64,000 bases of DNA, taken from the NCBI GenBank assembly GCA_951406725.2, contig OX597817.1, forward strand, positions 53,382,001-53,446,000. The letters are read 5' to 3'. Source of the stretch: Octopus vulgaris (lineage: Eukaryota). Shown here in pieces: positions 1 through 11,620 of this stretch (position 1 is the first letter of the stretch; every line of letters starts with the position of its first letter). A program made the position numbers and the translations under genes. Under the pieces are notes generated by a model, which saw only the letters and a list, made by a program, of their open reading frames with translations, did no database searches and was not told the origin of the DNA.

Positions 1-42
1 ATACTGAATGTGTGTGTGTGCAAGTTGTGTGGCAACTTTAAT

Positions 43-232
43 AGTGCCAGTGGCATGAAAGACGCACCCAGTACATATTGTGGAAAGTGGTTAGTGTTAG
101 GAAAGGCATCCAGCTGTGGAGACAATGCCAAAACAGAAACTTGAGTCCAGTGCAGTCTTTTGACTTATTGCCTCCTTGTCAAACCGTCCAACCCATGCCA
201 GCATGGAACATGGGTAACAAATGATGATGATA
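43..232 (+). mobile_element. SINE family B 3' portion (aggaagggcatccagctgtag domain, (GAT)n tail), diverged
   Basis: gttaggaaaggcatccagctgtgg...ccgtccaacccatgccagcatggaa...atgatgatga; matches >10 other copies in the window. Confidence 0.75.
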
Positions 233-396
233 CACACACACATTGAAAAAGTGCATTTTGAAAAAATAAAAGCAGATGGACAGAGGATTCATTACATGTA
301 TATGGTCAAATATTTTAAAGACTTGAATTATTTTGAAGTCTACCTATAGTAGCTCATAAACATATACTATATATAATAATCATGTATATATATATA

Positions 397-547
397 TGAG
401 TGGCTGTGTGGTAAGGAGCTTGCTTCCCAACCACATGGTTCTGGGTTCAGTCCCATTGCGTGGCACCTTGGGCAAGTGTCTTCTACTACAGCCTCGGGCT
501 GACCATAGCCTTGTGAGTGGATTTGGTAGACAGAAACTAAAAGAAAC

Positions 548-589
<42 letters not shown>

Positions 590-813
590 GTGTGTGTGTT
601 TGTTATTTGTGTCTGTGTTTGTGAGTTTGTTCCCCCATCATCGCTTGTCAACCGATGTTGGTGTGTTTACGTCCCTGTCAACTAGTGGTTCGGCAATAAG
701 AGACCAACAGAATAAGTACTAGGCTTACAAAGAATAAATCCTGGGATCAATTTATTCGTCTAAAGGCAGTGCTCCAGCATGGCCAGTCAAATGACTGAAA
801 CAAGTAAAAGAAT
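397..813 (+). mobile_element. SINE family A (tRNA-derived, CORE-like; probably octopus OR-type), full length with internal (TA)n
   Basis: A-box-like tggctgtgtggtaag, B-box gggttcagtccc, CORE-like caccttgggcaagtgtctt, tail gctccagcatggcc..gtcaaatgactgaaacaagtaaaag. Confidence 0.85.
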
Positions 814-979
814 ATATATATGTATATATACACACACACGTATATTTACATCACACACACATTGGTGTATCTCATTCAGTCTTATTTGTTTTTCTTAATC
901 CATATGATACGGTTAGTCATAGGATAGCTTGAAGCTAGATGTTAGAGTAATGATTGATATAAATGGATAGTAGCACCAG

Positions 980-1825
980 GACAGTGAGCTGGCAGAATCA
1001 TTAGCACACCAGGCAAAATGCTTAGTGGCATTTCATCTGTCTTTACATTTTGAGTTCAAATTCCACCGAGGTCGACTCTGCTTTTTATTCTTTTGGGGTT
1101 GATAAAATAGGTATCAGCTGAGTATTGTGGTCAGTGTAATCGACTAGCCCCCCCCCTCTCCAGAACTTGCTGGCCATGTGTGAAAATTTGAAATGGAATA
1201 AATTGACATTGAAACCTCTCGTTCTTGTCATATGAATTCTCTAAGAATTCAAGCATTCCTTGGGTCAATTCCTTTCACTCACATTACAAAGCGACACACC
1301 TTCTTAGTTCTCCTACCCCACTGTTTCTGGGTTCATTAAAATTAGTACCAGACAAAACTGCGGTCAACATAGTCATTCACCCCAATAGGGCAGTTAGCTG
1401 GCAGAAATATTAGCACGCGGGGTGAATTGCTTAGTTGTATTTCGTCTGCCTCTACGTTCTGAGTTCAAATTCCGCCGAGGTCGACTTTGCCTTTCATCCT
1501 TTCGGGGTAGATAAATTAAGTACTCGGGTCGATCTAATCGACTGGCCCCCTCTTCAAAAATTTTGGCCCTTGTGCCTAGAGAAGAAGAGAATATGTGTAG
1601 GTTTGTGGCTCTGCTTGACAGCAGATTTGTTAGTGTCAGACAAAATGCTTACTGGTGTTGCATCTGGTTCTTTACATTCTGAGTTCAAATCTTACTAAGG
1701 AACTTTGCTGTTTTGTCCTTTCAGGGTTGGTAAAATAGAGTACCAGTTAGTTATTAGGGTTGATGTTATCAATGAACTGTTTTCTCCTCTCAAGATTTCT
1801 GGCCTTGTGCCTAAATCAGAAACAA
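980..1825 (+). mobile_element. Cluster of three SINE family C copies (~980-1195, ~1389-1590, ~1615-1825), Nin/Deu-like domain
   Basis: gagctggcagaa..ttagcac head, gagttcaaattcc B box, gtcgactttgcctttcatcctttcggggtcgataaa..gtaccag central motif. Confidence 0.8.
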
Positions 1826-2075
1826 TTGTTAACATTGATTCCTGAAACTAATAGAAAGCAATATATTTGCGAGATAGGAGCAGTATGTACATAGCATAGA
1901 TAATGTGTATTTTCTATGTATATAGCATTATAGATGAGTTGATTCAATCACTCACACTCACTCGCACACATATACACACACACACACTCTCTCTCTCTAT
2001 GTTATTCTAGGAGGATAGAAAATAAGGTCAACTCCAATGAGATTTGATCACAGAACATGGAATGGTGTAACTTAA

Positions 2076-2459
2076 CCCTCTGAACTCTAGATACCTGTTG
2101 TCCTCAGCACCCTCACCTCAGGTTCCCTGGGTGAAAGAGCCAAAAAAAAAAAATGTTTTCCCACCTAATATTTGTTTCATTGTCTCTAAAATGTATTTTC
2201 TGTGCTCCTAATAATGAAATAAAATGCCAAATAGAGGACAACGTTGTTGTTACCATTTTTTTGTTGTTTTATTGCCAATATCAGTACTTCTGGTGCCAGT
2301 TGAACCAGCAGTTACTGTCTGGGTTTCCAACACAGAAAATATTGGCTGGTAAAGTGGCCACTGGGGTATTTGTGTCTGGTGGCCGGAATAGCAGCCGCTG
2401 GGGTATTTGTAAACATTACAATGTGGCGGCCAGTAAAGTGGCCACTGGGGTTCTGAGGG
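2076..2459. mobile_element. Putative piggyBac-like MITE
   Basis: TTAA|ccctctgaac at left; gttctgaggg|tgaa at right; internal aaagtggccactgggg repeats. Confidence 0.45.
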
Positions 2460-2522
2460 TGAAATTACTTCGAGACATTTTCTCTGTAGTGCTACTGGTT
2501 CTGTAACTTTCCTATTCTAATT

Positions 2523-3118
2523 ATCATCGTCATCATTTAACATCCATGTTCCATGCTGGCATGGGTTGGACACTTTGATAGGAACTGATGCATCCAAGGT
2601 CTGCATTGAACCCCTATGTCTTCTTTGGCATGCTTATTCTGGCTGGATGCCCTTCCTGATGCCAACAATTTTACACCATGGTTTGGGTGCTTTTTCGTGT
2701 CACTCCAGTCTGTTTTGGCTTGGTTTCTGTTGCTGATACCCTTCCTAGCATCAACCACTTTATGGAGTATCACTGGCACGGGTTCCTTCAGCATGTTACT
2801 GGCACGGGTTCCTTCAGCGTGTCACCAGCACGGGTTCCCTCAGCGTGTCACCGGCACGGGTTCCCCCAGCATGTCACTGGCACGGGTTCCCCCAGCATGT
2901 CACTGGCACGGGTTCCTTCAGCATGTCACCGGCACGGGTTCCTTCAGCATGTCACCGGCACAGGTTCCCTCAACGTGCCACGGGTTCCCTCAGCATGTCA
3001 CGTGTTCTCTCAGCGTGTCGCGGGTTCCCTCAGCATGTCATTGGCACAGGCCATGACTATAATTTCACCTCGCTTGTTGTGTCTTCTCAAGCACAGCATA
3101 TCACCAAAAATCTCAGCC
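2523..3118 (-). mobile_element. SINE family B copy with an internal minisatellite
   Basis: (cat)n tail at 2523, ttccatgctggcatgggttggac, ggatgcccttcct on the + strand. Confidence 0.7.
2769..3052. repeat. 26-bp minisatellite, ~11 copies (ggcacgggttccttcagcatgtcact)
   Basis: Units start at 2775, 2801, 2827, etc. Confidence 0.9.
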
Positions 3119-3134
3119 TGGCAGTCCAGCAATG

Positions 3135-3855
3135 TGCAACTGGTACCTATTTTATCAACCCTGAAATAATGAAAGGCAAAGTTGATGTTAGCAGAAACTG
3201 AAGACAGACAAACTGCCGCTAAGCATTTTGCCTGGCATGGTAATGATTTTGCCAGCTCATTGCCTTGACCGTAGATGTTAACTGGTATGATTGGTACTTA
3301 TTTTATTGACTTCTGGAAATATAAAAGATGTGACCTCAGCAGGATTTGAAATAAGAATGTGAAAATTTGTAATTAAAAACTGCAGTGCTACCATTTCTGC
3401 CATTCACCACTCTGTGATGCTATTAATAATAATTGTTTGTAATTTAAGCACAAGAGGGCAGCAGGTTTGAGAGGGGGTGGCTTGTTGGTTACATCTGTCC
3501 AAGTACTTGGCTGGTGCTTTACTTTATCAACCCTGAAAGGATGGAGGGGCAAAGTTGACCAGAACAAATACTTCAAGGTGCTCTAATGTGATTCTGTCAA
3601 TCTACTGCCCCTGCTAATAATAATAATAATAATAATGTGAATTGTTTTGTTAAGAGATGAGAGGTTGTGGCATCTATGCCTTTCCAAAGAGTATTTATTT
3701 CTTTATTGCCAACAAGGAGCTAAACACAGAGGGGACAAACAAGGACAGACAAAGGGATTAAGTCGATTACATCAACTCCAGTGCATAACTGGTACTTATT
3801 TAGTCTACCCCGAAAGGATGAAAGGCAAAGTTGATCTCAGTGGAATTTGAACTCA
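3135..3855 (-). mobile_element. Cluster of several minus-strand SINE family C copies
   Basis: Repeated ctggtacttattt..accctgaaaggatgaaaggcaaagttgac motif at ~3140, ~3290, ~3510 and ~3790. Confidence 0.75.
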
Positions 3856-4569
3856 TTAACTGTTTGAGACATTTCTAAGGATTTGGTTTTGTTATAATGG
3901 AACTTTAGACCTAAAAAAATTATTTAAAAGTACTGAACTTCCACACAACCATATATATATACGATCACATATGCACACACACATGAATACAGTCGTTAAC
4001 ACACATCCTCATCATTCACATAAATGTATTAGCAGTCACTTATAGTCACACAATAACTTACAGCCTCTTTGACCCTCATATGCACACACAATGGCACACT
4101 CACGGCCAAGATCACAGTCACCGTGACACATGCAGCCAGTGACAGATTTACTCATACCCACCGTCATAGACATTCACTCACAATGACACGGCATCACATA
4201 CATGCACAGGCACGGTTCCACATCCACACTGAGTCAGTCACACAATAGAATCACTTACACAACTTCAGAAACAGCTACATTCATGCACTTTACCTATAGG
4301 CAGTCAGTCAGTCACTCAGCCCCTGCTATAGTCACACACACACACACACCTATGTGTATACTTCAACATCTTTCAGTTCTCCTTCCTTTAGCAGAAACCT
4401 AATCGTATTCTAGTTACCCCCTTCCCTCCACTATTTTCACTTCCATCCTATCATTCTACAGCCTACCTTTATTTTCCCTTTCATTTTACTCTTCTCGTTG
4501 CCTTTGAGGCATTTATTCAATATTTCAAGGGGTTTTCTATCATTTTTATATCCACACACACACTTCTGT

Positions 4570-5100
4570 GTACTCGTTTACCATTTTAGTTGTTTCGGTC
4601 ATTTGGCTGCGGCCATGCTGGAGCACTGCCTTTTAGTCGAATAAATCGACCCCTGGACTTATTCTTTGTAAGCCTAGTACTTATTCTATTGGTCACTTTT
4701 GCCGCACTGCTAAGTTACGGGGATGTAAACACACCAACATCGGTTGTCATGTGATGGTGGGAAGACAAATACATATTTACATATATGTATAAATCCCAAA
4801 ATATCAAGAATAAACACAAAAAACAACAATGCGAGGACGTGGTACATGTAAAGTATTAGCAGATGCTCAGGGAAGGAAAGAAAGATGGTATTGCATTTCG
4901 AGCAGAGATCTTCAGAAACAGAGGAAAGTCCAGTAGAAAGGGAGGACGGAAGAAAAAAAAATCACCAACGATTCACATGTGGTTACATTTTGAATATATA
5001 CATGATGGGCTTCTTTCAGTTTCTGTCTACCATATCCTCTCACAAGGCTTTGTGGGACTGTAACCGGAACCATCTGATTGGGAAGCAAGCTTCTTACCAC
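4570..5100 (-). mobile_element. SINE family A copy interrupted by a Penelope-like fragment at ~4790-4995
   Basis: Reverse-complemented tail (cggccatgctggagcactgcc) at ~4610 and head part (cacaaggcttt..gggaagcaagcttcttaccac) at 5040-5100. Confidence 0.75.
4790..4995 (-). mobile_element. Penelope-like (pLTR-type) repeat with a degenerate hammerhead; related to 46700-46865
   Basis: Shares gctcagg...tttcgagc....tcttc.gaaa layout with 46750-46806. Confidence 0.5.
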
Positions 5101-5277
5101 CCAGATGTAAATATATATTTATATAAACACATTCTTCTACCTGTTTCTGTATATCTATATACATTTGTTTTTACCGGAGTAAGCACATAAATGTGAAACA
5201 AGGTGGAAAAAATAGTACTCGAATACCAGAGGTAGAGTAATGTGCTTTATTTAAAAGCAGCAGAAATATAACAGAAG

Positions 5278-5315
5278 CTGTTACTCAGTGTTTCACGTTC
5301 CCGTTCGTTGGACAG
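5278..5315 (-). ncRNA. Minimal type-I hammerhead motif (decayed core CCAACGA)
   Basis: Minus strand: ctgt-ccaacga-acg ggaa cgt-gaaa-cac t gag-ta-acag. Confidence 0.6.
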
Positions 5316-5336
5316 TTTTGTTCTATTTTAGCAAAA

Positions 5337-5374
5337 GTGTCCGACGAACGGGAACATGAAACTCTGAGTAACAG
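5337..5374 (+). ncRNA. Minimal type-I hammerhead motif (core CCGACGA variant)
   Basis: gtgt-ccgacga-acg ggaa cat-gaaa-ctc t gag-ta-acag; GUA cleavage triplet. Confidence 0.65.
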
Positions 5375-5507
5375 CTTCTGTTATATTTCTGCTGCTTTTA
5401 AATAAAGCATACATTTGTTTTTATGCGGACGCGCACACCCCCCACACACTTTTCTGTATGGTTTAAGTATGTGTGTGTGTGTTGCAAGGACCGAATCAAA
5501 CTGTTTC

Positions 5508-6555
5508 ATGGCTGTGTGGTAAGAAGTTTGTTTTTCAACCACAGGGTTCTGAGTTCGGTCCCAGTGCACAGCACCTTCGGCAAGTGTCTTCTTCTATAGT
5601 CTTAGGCTGACCTTGTCAGTGGATTCGGTAGATGAAAACAGAAAGAAGCCCGTCATAGTTGTGTGTGCGTGTCTTTGTCTCCCGCACCTGCTTGACAACC
5701 GGTGTTGGTGTGTTTACGTCCCTGTAACTTAGCAGCTTAGCAAAAGAGACTGATAGAATAAGTAGCAGAAAAAATATAATTAATGGGGCTGGTTCATTTG
5801 ACTAAATTTCTTTAAGGTGATGCCCCAGTGTGGCCACCGTCTAATGACTGAAACAAGATATGCAGGTGTGGCTGTGTGGTAAGAAGATTGCTTCCCAACC
5901 ACATGGTTTCGGGTTCAATCCCACTACGTTGCACCGTTGGCAAGTGTCTTCTACTATAGCCTCGGGCCAACCAAAGCCTTGTGAGTGGATTTAGTAGACG
6001 GAAACTGACAGAAGCTTGTATATGTGTGTGTGTTTACATCTCCATAACTTAGCAGTTCAGCAAAAGAGACATAGAATAAATACTAGGCTTACAAAGAATA
6101 AGTCCACGGGTCGGTTTGTTTGAACAAAGGCGGTGCCCCACCATGGCCGCAGTCAAATGACTGAAACAAATTTAAAATAAGATATACAGGTGTAGCTGTG
6201 TGGTTAGAAGATTGCTTCCCAGCCACATGGTTCTGGGTTCAATCTCACTGCGTGGCATCTTGGGCAAGTGTCTTCTACAATAGCCTTGGGCCAACCAAAG
6301 CCTTGTGAGTGGATTTGGTAGACAGAAACTGAAAGAAGCTTGTATATGTGTGTGCATTGGTCTTCCCACCATCACTTGACAACCGATGTTGGTGTGTTTA
6401 CGTCTCTGTAACTTAGCGGTTCAGCAAAAGAGACTGATAGAATAAGTACTAGGCTTACAAGGAACAAGTCCATGGGTTGATTTGTTTGAACAAAGGTGGT
6501 GCCCCAGCATGGCCGCAGTCAGATGACTGAAGTAAGTGAAAGAATAAAAGAATAA
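5508..6555 (+). mobile_element. Three head-to-tail SINE family A copies (~5508-5860, ~5863-6180, ~6187-6555)
   Basis: Three successive (g)gctgtgtggt heads, each ending in atgactgaa(a)caa/gtaa. Confidence 0.85.
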
Positions 6556-6580
6556 AGGAGTGTATTTATGTATGTGTGTG

Positions 6581-6618
<38 letters not shown>

Positions 6619-6992
6619 GTGGCGCTGTAATAAGTTGCTTAACCTTTTCTATGATATCCAATCTCTCACCATCACTCTCACCCCATTTACGATGAGGAGT
6701 GGGAGGAGGAGGTCTGCTGTGTATTGAATCAGAAAATTTGGTTGAGTAGATGGGAGGCAGTTGGTTCCTTTTGTTTCTCCTTTAAAAGTAGGGGTTTTCT
6801 CTTGTTCCCCAGCTCCTACTCACTAGTCCCACTCCTCTTTCTGTGTCTATCTGGCAATATGTCTGTGTCAGGCTGTTACATGGGACAACGACCTTGTCTC
6901 TCCCAGATGGTTGTGTACATGTACGCATACGGCTGTCTGTTTGCCTGTCTACATATACATATATGTGTGTAAATATACTATAATGTTTATGA

Positions 6993-7038
<46 letters not shown>

Positions 7039-7047
7039 TTACACAAT

Positions 7048-7158
7048 CTGGAGGGATCCAAGTGTAGAAAGTTAGTAAGCTTCAAGCAGTGAGTGGCAGG
7101 TATAGAGAACAAAAAGTGGACAGTATATGAGAAAAAACCAATAATAATTTATTGGCAC
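7048..7158. repeat. Interspersed repeat fragment, related to 14325-14418
   Basis: gtgtag(a/g)aagttagtaa..ttcaagc...ggtata...ttattggca shared by both sites. Confidence 0.55.
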
Positions 7159-7378
7159 ACACACACACACACAGAGGTAAATACATTGACAAACATACTA
7201 TACATATTTGAGTTTGTGTGTATATATATATATATATGCAGATGACTAACTATACTACCTTAATACTTGTGTGTGTGTGTTGCAGCAAGTGAAACAGTTA
7301 GGAAATTTGAAATTATAATCCTGATAAATATATCTTAACACTTCTTTCCTTCTTGGACTAGTAGATAGAAGTTTGTGC

Positions 7379-7382
<4 letters not shown>

Positions 7383-7426
<44 letters not shown>
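7383..7426. repeat. (TA)n microsatellite, one of many
   Basis: Direct reading; similar tracts at ~553, 14280, 14555, 43552, 43627, 52953, 53400. Confidence 0.95.
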
Positions 7427-7430
<4 letters not shown>

Positions 7431-7722
7431 TAAAATTTTATGTATTGATTAAGTCTTTCCTTGTTTGTTTTGCAAAATAGTGGTTTTGTCTCTAATTAAT
7501 ATTATATATATATATATATATATCTGAGTGAGGTAAATACTGATAGAGCTCAGAAAGTGTGTCAGTAGTCAGCTGGAGGAGGTGTCCTCCTGGAGTTACA
7601 AGCTACAGTAGCTTCCACCCTTAAGGGTTAGCCACATTTAAGTGGCAAATATACTTCATGATATATATATACTAGTAAGGCAACGCTATATTTTGTATAT
7701 ATGATGATATATGCATATATTT

Positions 7723-8078
7723 CTTTTACTCGTTTCAGTCATTTGACTGGCCATGCTGGAGCATTGCCTTTAGTCAAGCAAATCACACCCAGGACTTATT
7801 CTTTGTAAGCCCAGCACTTATCCTATCAGTCTCTTTTGCTGAACTGCTAAGTTACAGGGACTTAAACACACCAGCATTGGTTGTCAAGCAATGGTGGAGG
7901 ACAAGCACAGACACACACACACACACGATGGGCTTCTTTCAGTTTCCATCTACTAAATCCACTCACAAGGCTTTAGTCAGCCTGAGGCTATAGTAGAAGA
8001 CGCTTGTCCTAGGTAACACGCAGTGGGACTGAACCGGTAACTGTGGTTGGTAAGCAAGCTACTTACCACACAGCCACT
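7723..8078 (-). mobile_element. SINE family A, full length
   Basis: Reverse complement of the 397-813 element, ending cttaccacacagccact. Confidence 0.85.
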
Positions 8079-8081
8079 CTG

Positions 8082-8370
8082 CCAGTGCCGCCTCGACTGG
8101 CTTCCGTGCCGGTGGCACGTAAAATGCACCAATCTGACCGTAGCCGTTGCCAGCCTCGCCTGGCACCTGTGCAGGTGGCACGTAAAAAGCACCCACTACA
8201 CTCACGGAGTGGTTGGCGTTAGGAAGGGCATCCAGCTGTAGAAACATTGCCAGATAAGACTGGAGCCTGGTGCAGCCTTCTGGCTTCCCAGATCCCCGGT
8301 CGAACCGTCCAACCCATGCTAGCATGGAGAACGGACGTTAAACGATGATGATGATGATGATGATGATGAT
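8082..8370 (+). mobile_element. SINE family B, young copy with (GAT)n tail
   Basis: ggcacgtaaaaagcacccactacactc..ggttggcgttaggaagggcatccagctgtag..ggacgttaaacgatgatgat. Confidence 0.85.
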
Positions 8371-8961
8371 ATATATATATATATGTTGTTAATTTCAATA
8401 TTCCATATCATCATCATCATACATACTGTTTTATATCAATAACCATATATAGCATCATATATGACATAGAGGTGCAATTAAGGATTCAAATCTGTTTTAC
8501 AAACAGAATCCACTTTTTTCATTAATAGTTACCAACTACTATATGTGAACTGATAGCCAGTTTGTTGCATGAGTGCTTACTGTGAGTACTGTTTGATTCT
8601 CTGAGTCTGATTCTCTGCTTACCTATTTATGTATGTTTGTATTCTATATCTGTTTACATATATTTATTAAAACTGAAATTTCAAACTTCACAACCGAGTT
8701 TCCTGTGTTTAATATTTGAACACAACTTGAGTTCTCAGATTTCATTTTGATGTGAAACTTGATCAATAGAGTTGCAGTTTCAGTTTTCATAATTATTTTA
8801 TACTCACACACGAAGCAGCAGTTTCTTACAAGAATGAACTGGTTCAGATTGTGAGGACCTGGGCAACCCATGCCAGCATGGAAAGTAGATGTAAAATCAT
8901 CACACACACACACACACACATACATGTATATAAACACATATACAAACATATATTGATATAC

Positions 8962-9285
8962 ATCATCATCATCATCATTTAACGTCTGTTTTCCATGCTA
9001 GCATGGGTTGGACGGTTCGACCGGGGTCTGGTAAGCCATGGAGGCTGCACCATGCTCCAGTCTGATTTGGCAGTGTTTCTACAGCTTGATGCCCTTCCTA
9101 ACACCAACCACTCTGTGAGTGTAGTGGGTGCTTTTTACGTGCCACCGGCATGGGCCAGAGGAGGCTGGCAAACGGCCACGATCGGTTGGTGCTTTTACGT
9201 GTCACCGACATGGACGCCAGTCAGGCAGCGCTGGCATCTGCCATGTTCGGACAGTGCTTTTTACGTGTCACTGGCACAGGTGTCT
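8962..9285 (-). mobile_element. SINE family B
   Basis: Reverse complement of 8082-8370, with extra 5' modules. Confidence 0.85.
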
Positions 9286-9696
9286 TAACTACAAATTTAA
9301 AAAATCTTTTTTAGTCAGAAAGGAAGGTTGTACCCATGAGCCTTTACATGACCTCCAAGACCAGTGGAAGAGAGGAAGAATGGTGCCTGGCCTGAATGCT
9401 CGCTATAGAGTGAGCTTTGCAAAAGGCACCTAAACTGCCAGGTGGTGATGTTGGCCTGGGTGAGGTATTAAGTGTAGCACCCATGTAGGCTGTGGTGGAA
9501 TCTGAACTCAGAACTCAAAGAACTGGAACAAATACTGTAAGGTATTTGGTCCAGTATTGTAACAGTTCCATAAACCCACTCCCTTGGATCAGTACTTTCT
9601 TATCAACCTTGAAAAATATGCGAGGTAAAGTTGACTCCGTGGTGGGATTTGAATTTGGAGCAGAGAGGCTTAGTACAAATACTGAGAAGCATCAAA

Positions 9697-9910
9697 GGCA
9701 GTGAGATGGCAGAAACATTAGCATGCTGGGCGAAATGCTTAGCAGTATTTTGTTTGTCTTTACGTTCTGAGTTCAAATTCCACCAAGGTTGATTTTGCTT
9801 TTCACCCTGTCGGGGTCGATAAATTAAGTACCAGTTGTATACAGGGGCTGCTCTAATCGACTGGTCCCCTCCCCCAAAATTTGGGCCTTGTGCCTAGAGT
9901 TGAAAAGAAA
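9697..9910 (+). mobile_element. SINE family C (cccaaaattt..ggccttgtgcctagag tail subtype)
   Basis: Head, B box and central motif present. Confidence 0.8.
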
Positions 9911-10024
9911 TACTGAGTCATTTTTGTTCAAAGCTCTAAGGATTCCGTCTATTTATGTACACAGACAAACTATATAAATTCACAAATAAATATTTCTTTC
10001 CATGCATCGTATAATACATATGAT

Positions 10025-10337
10025 CTCACTGCATGGCGCCTTGGGCAAGTGTCTTCTGCTATGGCTTTGGACTGACTTAAGCCTTGTGAATGGATTTGGT
10101 AGATGGAAACTGAAAGAAGCCCGTTATGTAAATCTGTGTGTGTGTGTCCGTCTGTGTCCCACCTCCGTTTGGCAACTGGTATTGGTGTGTTTATGTACAT
10201 ATAAATTAGTTCGGCAAAAGAGATTGATAAAATAAGAACGAGGCTTAAAAAAATTTGACAGAAAAGTCTTCAAGACAGTGCTCCAGCATGGCCACAGTCT
10301 AGTGACTGAAACAAGTAAAAGATAAAAGATAAAAGAT
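10025..10337 (+). mobile_element. SINE family A, 5'-truncated
   Basis: ccttgggcaagtgtcttc...gactgaaacaagtaaaagataaaag. Confidence 0.8.
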
Positions 10338-10858
10338 TATCGTATATACATGCAAATGTAGTATGTTGATGAATATCTGAGAGTCTTTAGCTTGTGTCTC
10401 CTCTCTAGTTTAACGGTTAAGTCTTTAGCAAAGTCCACCATGTCTTGGGTCATCTTGATATCTTGATCTACTGCTTCTTACTGTTGTTACACACAAATTG
10501 AGATATTTTCTTGCTTTATTCTGTGTCTGCCTCAGTGGACTCTGGCTGCCGGTCCTCCCACCCCTATCTTCCAATCCGTAAGAACACATCTGTCAAACAT
10601 TTACTGGAAAGCATTCTGTTGGCTGTTTGTTTTCCTTCAAAATTTTTGGCCTTGTAACTATTAGAAATTGTGTGTATATTTGTGTGTCTGTCAGGTGTTG
10701 TGGAGTAATTCTAACCTGAAATGGTTTGAACTGGACATGAACTGACCTTGTAATCAGGCCAGCAAGGAAGCTTCCTGGGACAGCTTGACCTAGAAGAAAT
10801 AGCAGTCAAATCTTTATTGACAAGACATGGTAGGATTGGGGTAATGCAATCTTAAATA

Positions 10859-11200
10859 CATCATCATCATCATTTAACGTCCGTTTTCCATGCTGGCATG
10901 GGCTGGACGGTTCGACTGAGGTCTGGGAAGCCAGGAGGCTGCACCAGCACCAATCTGATCTGGCAGTGTTTCTACAGCTGGATGTCCTTCCTAACGCCAA
11001 CCACTCCAAGAGTGTAGTGGGTGCTTTTTACATGTCACTGGCATGGGCCAGAGGAGCTAGCATCGACCACGATCGGATGGTGCTTAATATGTGCCACCGG
11101 CATGGAAGCCAGTCAAAGCGGTTCTCGCATCTGCCATGTTCGGATGGTGCTTTTTATGTGCTACCGGCACGGGGGTCACAACTACAATTTCCATTTGATT
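10859..11200 (-). mobile_element. SINE family B
   Basis: (cat)n tttaacgtccgttttccatgctggcatggg... Confidence 0.85.
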
Positions 11201-11329
11201 TGATTTTGATGTACTTGATTCAGTATGTCTCCTCAAGCACGGCATGTCATCCTATGATCCAAGGTACTTTTGAGTGGGCTGTTTATGTGACACTGTTTTA
11301 GATTACATATGTAAAAAGAAAAAAAAAAA

Positions 11330-11620
11330 TGGAATTGTCATGATTAGAGCTTCTTTGATTATAGACTGACTTGATCAGGGCTGATCTGGCACTAAACAGC
11401 AACAAACTGCACCATTTTGGCAAGCCAATAGGGAACCCTCAATTGGGTTATTTGACTTACTAGAAATAGCAGCCAAATCACTCTTGAATCCCATCTGAAC
11501 AACACTTGTTGGATAATGTATTTATGAATACATTGTCTGAATTAAAAAGGATATTTGTCATGGATGGCGCTCCCTTGATGGAAGGTCTGCTTGATTAGGG
11601 CAAACTTAGTGGCTAAACAA
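11330..11620. mobile_element. Interspersed family F ((CAA)n-tailed retroposon-like; other copies near 13170, 17665, 33945, 34915, 38170, 40360, 41590, 51595, 52355)
   Basis: ctagaaatagcagccaaatc...tctgcttgatcagggctgacctggggctaaacaac motif recurs about ten times. Confidence 0.65.

Larger units (their letters stand above)
5239..5415. repeat. Near-perfect inverted repeat (~80-bp arms) of a Penelope-like pLTR; each arm holds a hammerhead motif and an outward AATAAA
   Basis: 5239-5320 is the reverse complement of 5332-5415. Confidence 0.9.

Noticed and set aside
2616-3201. Repetitive proteins in three frames
   Set aside because: Artefact of a stop-free 26-bp minisatellite inside a SINE.
7538-7567. 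ctgataga...gaaa...gtc as a hammerhead
   Set aside because: Core spacing is wrong, there is no real stem II, and stem I would overlap the core.
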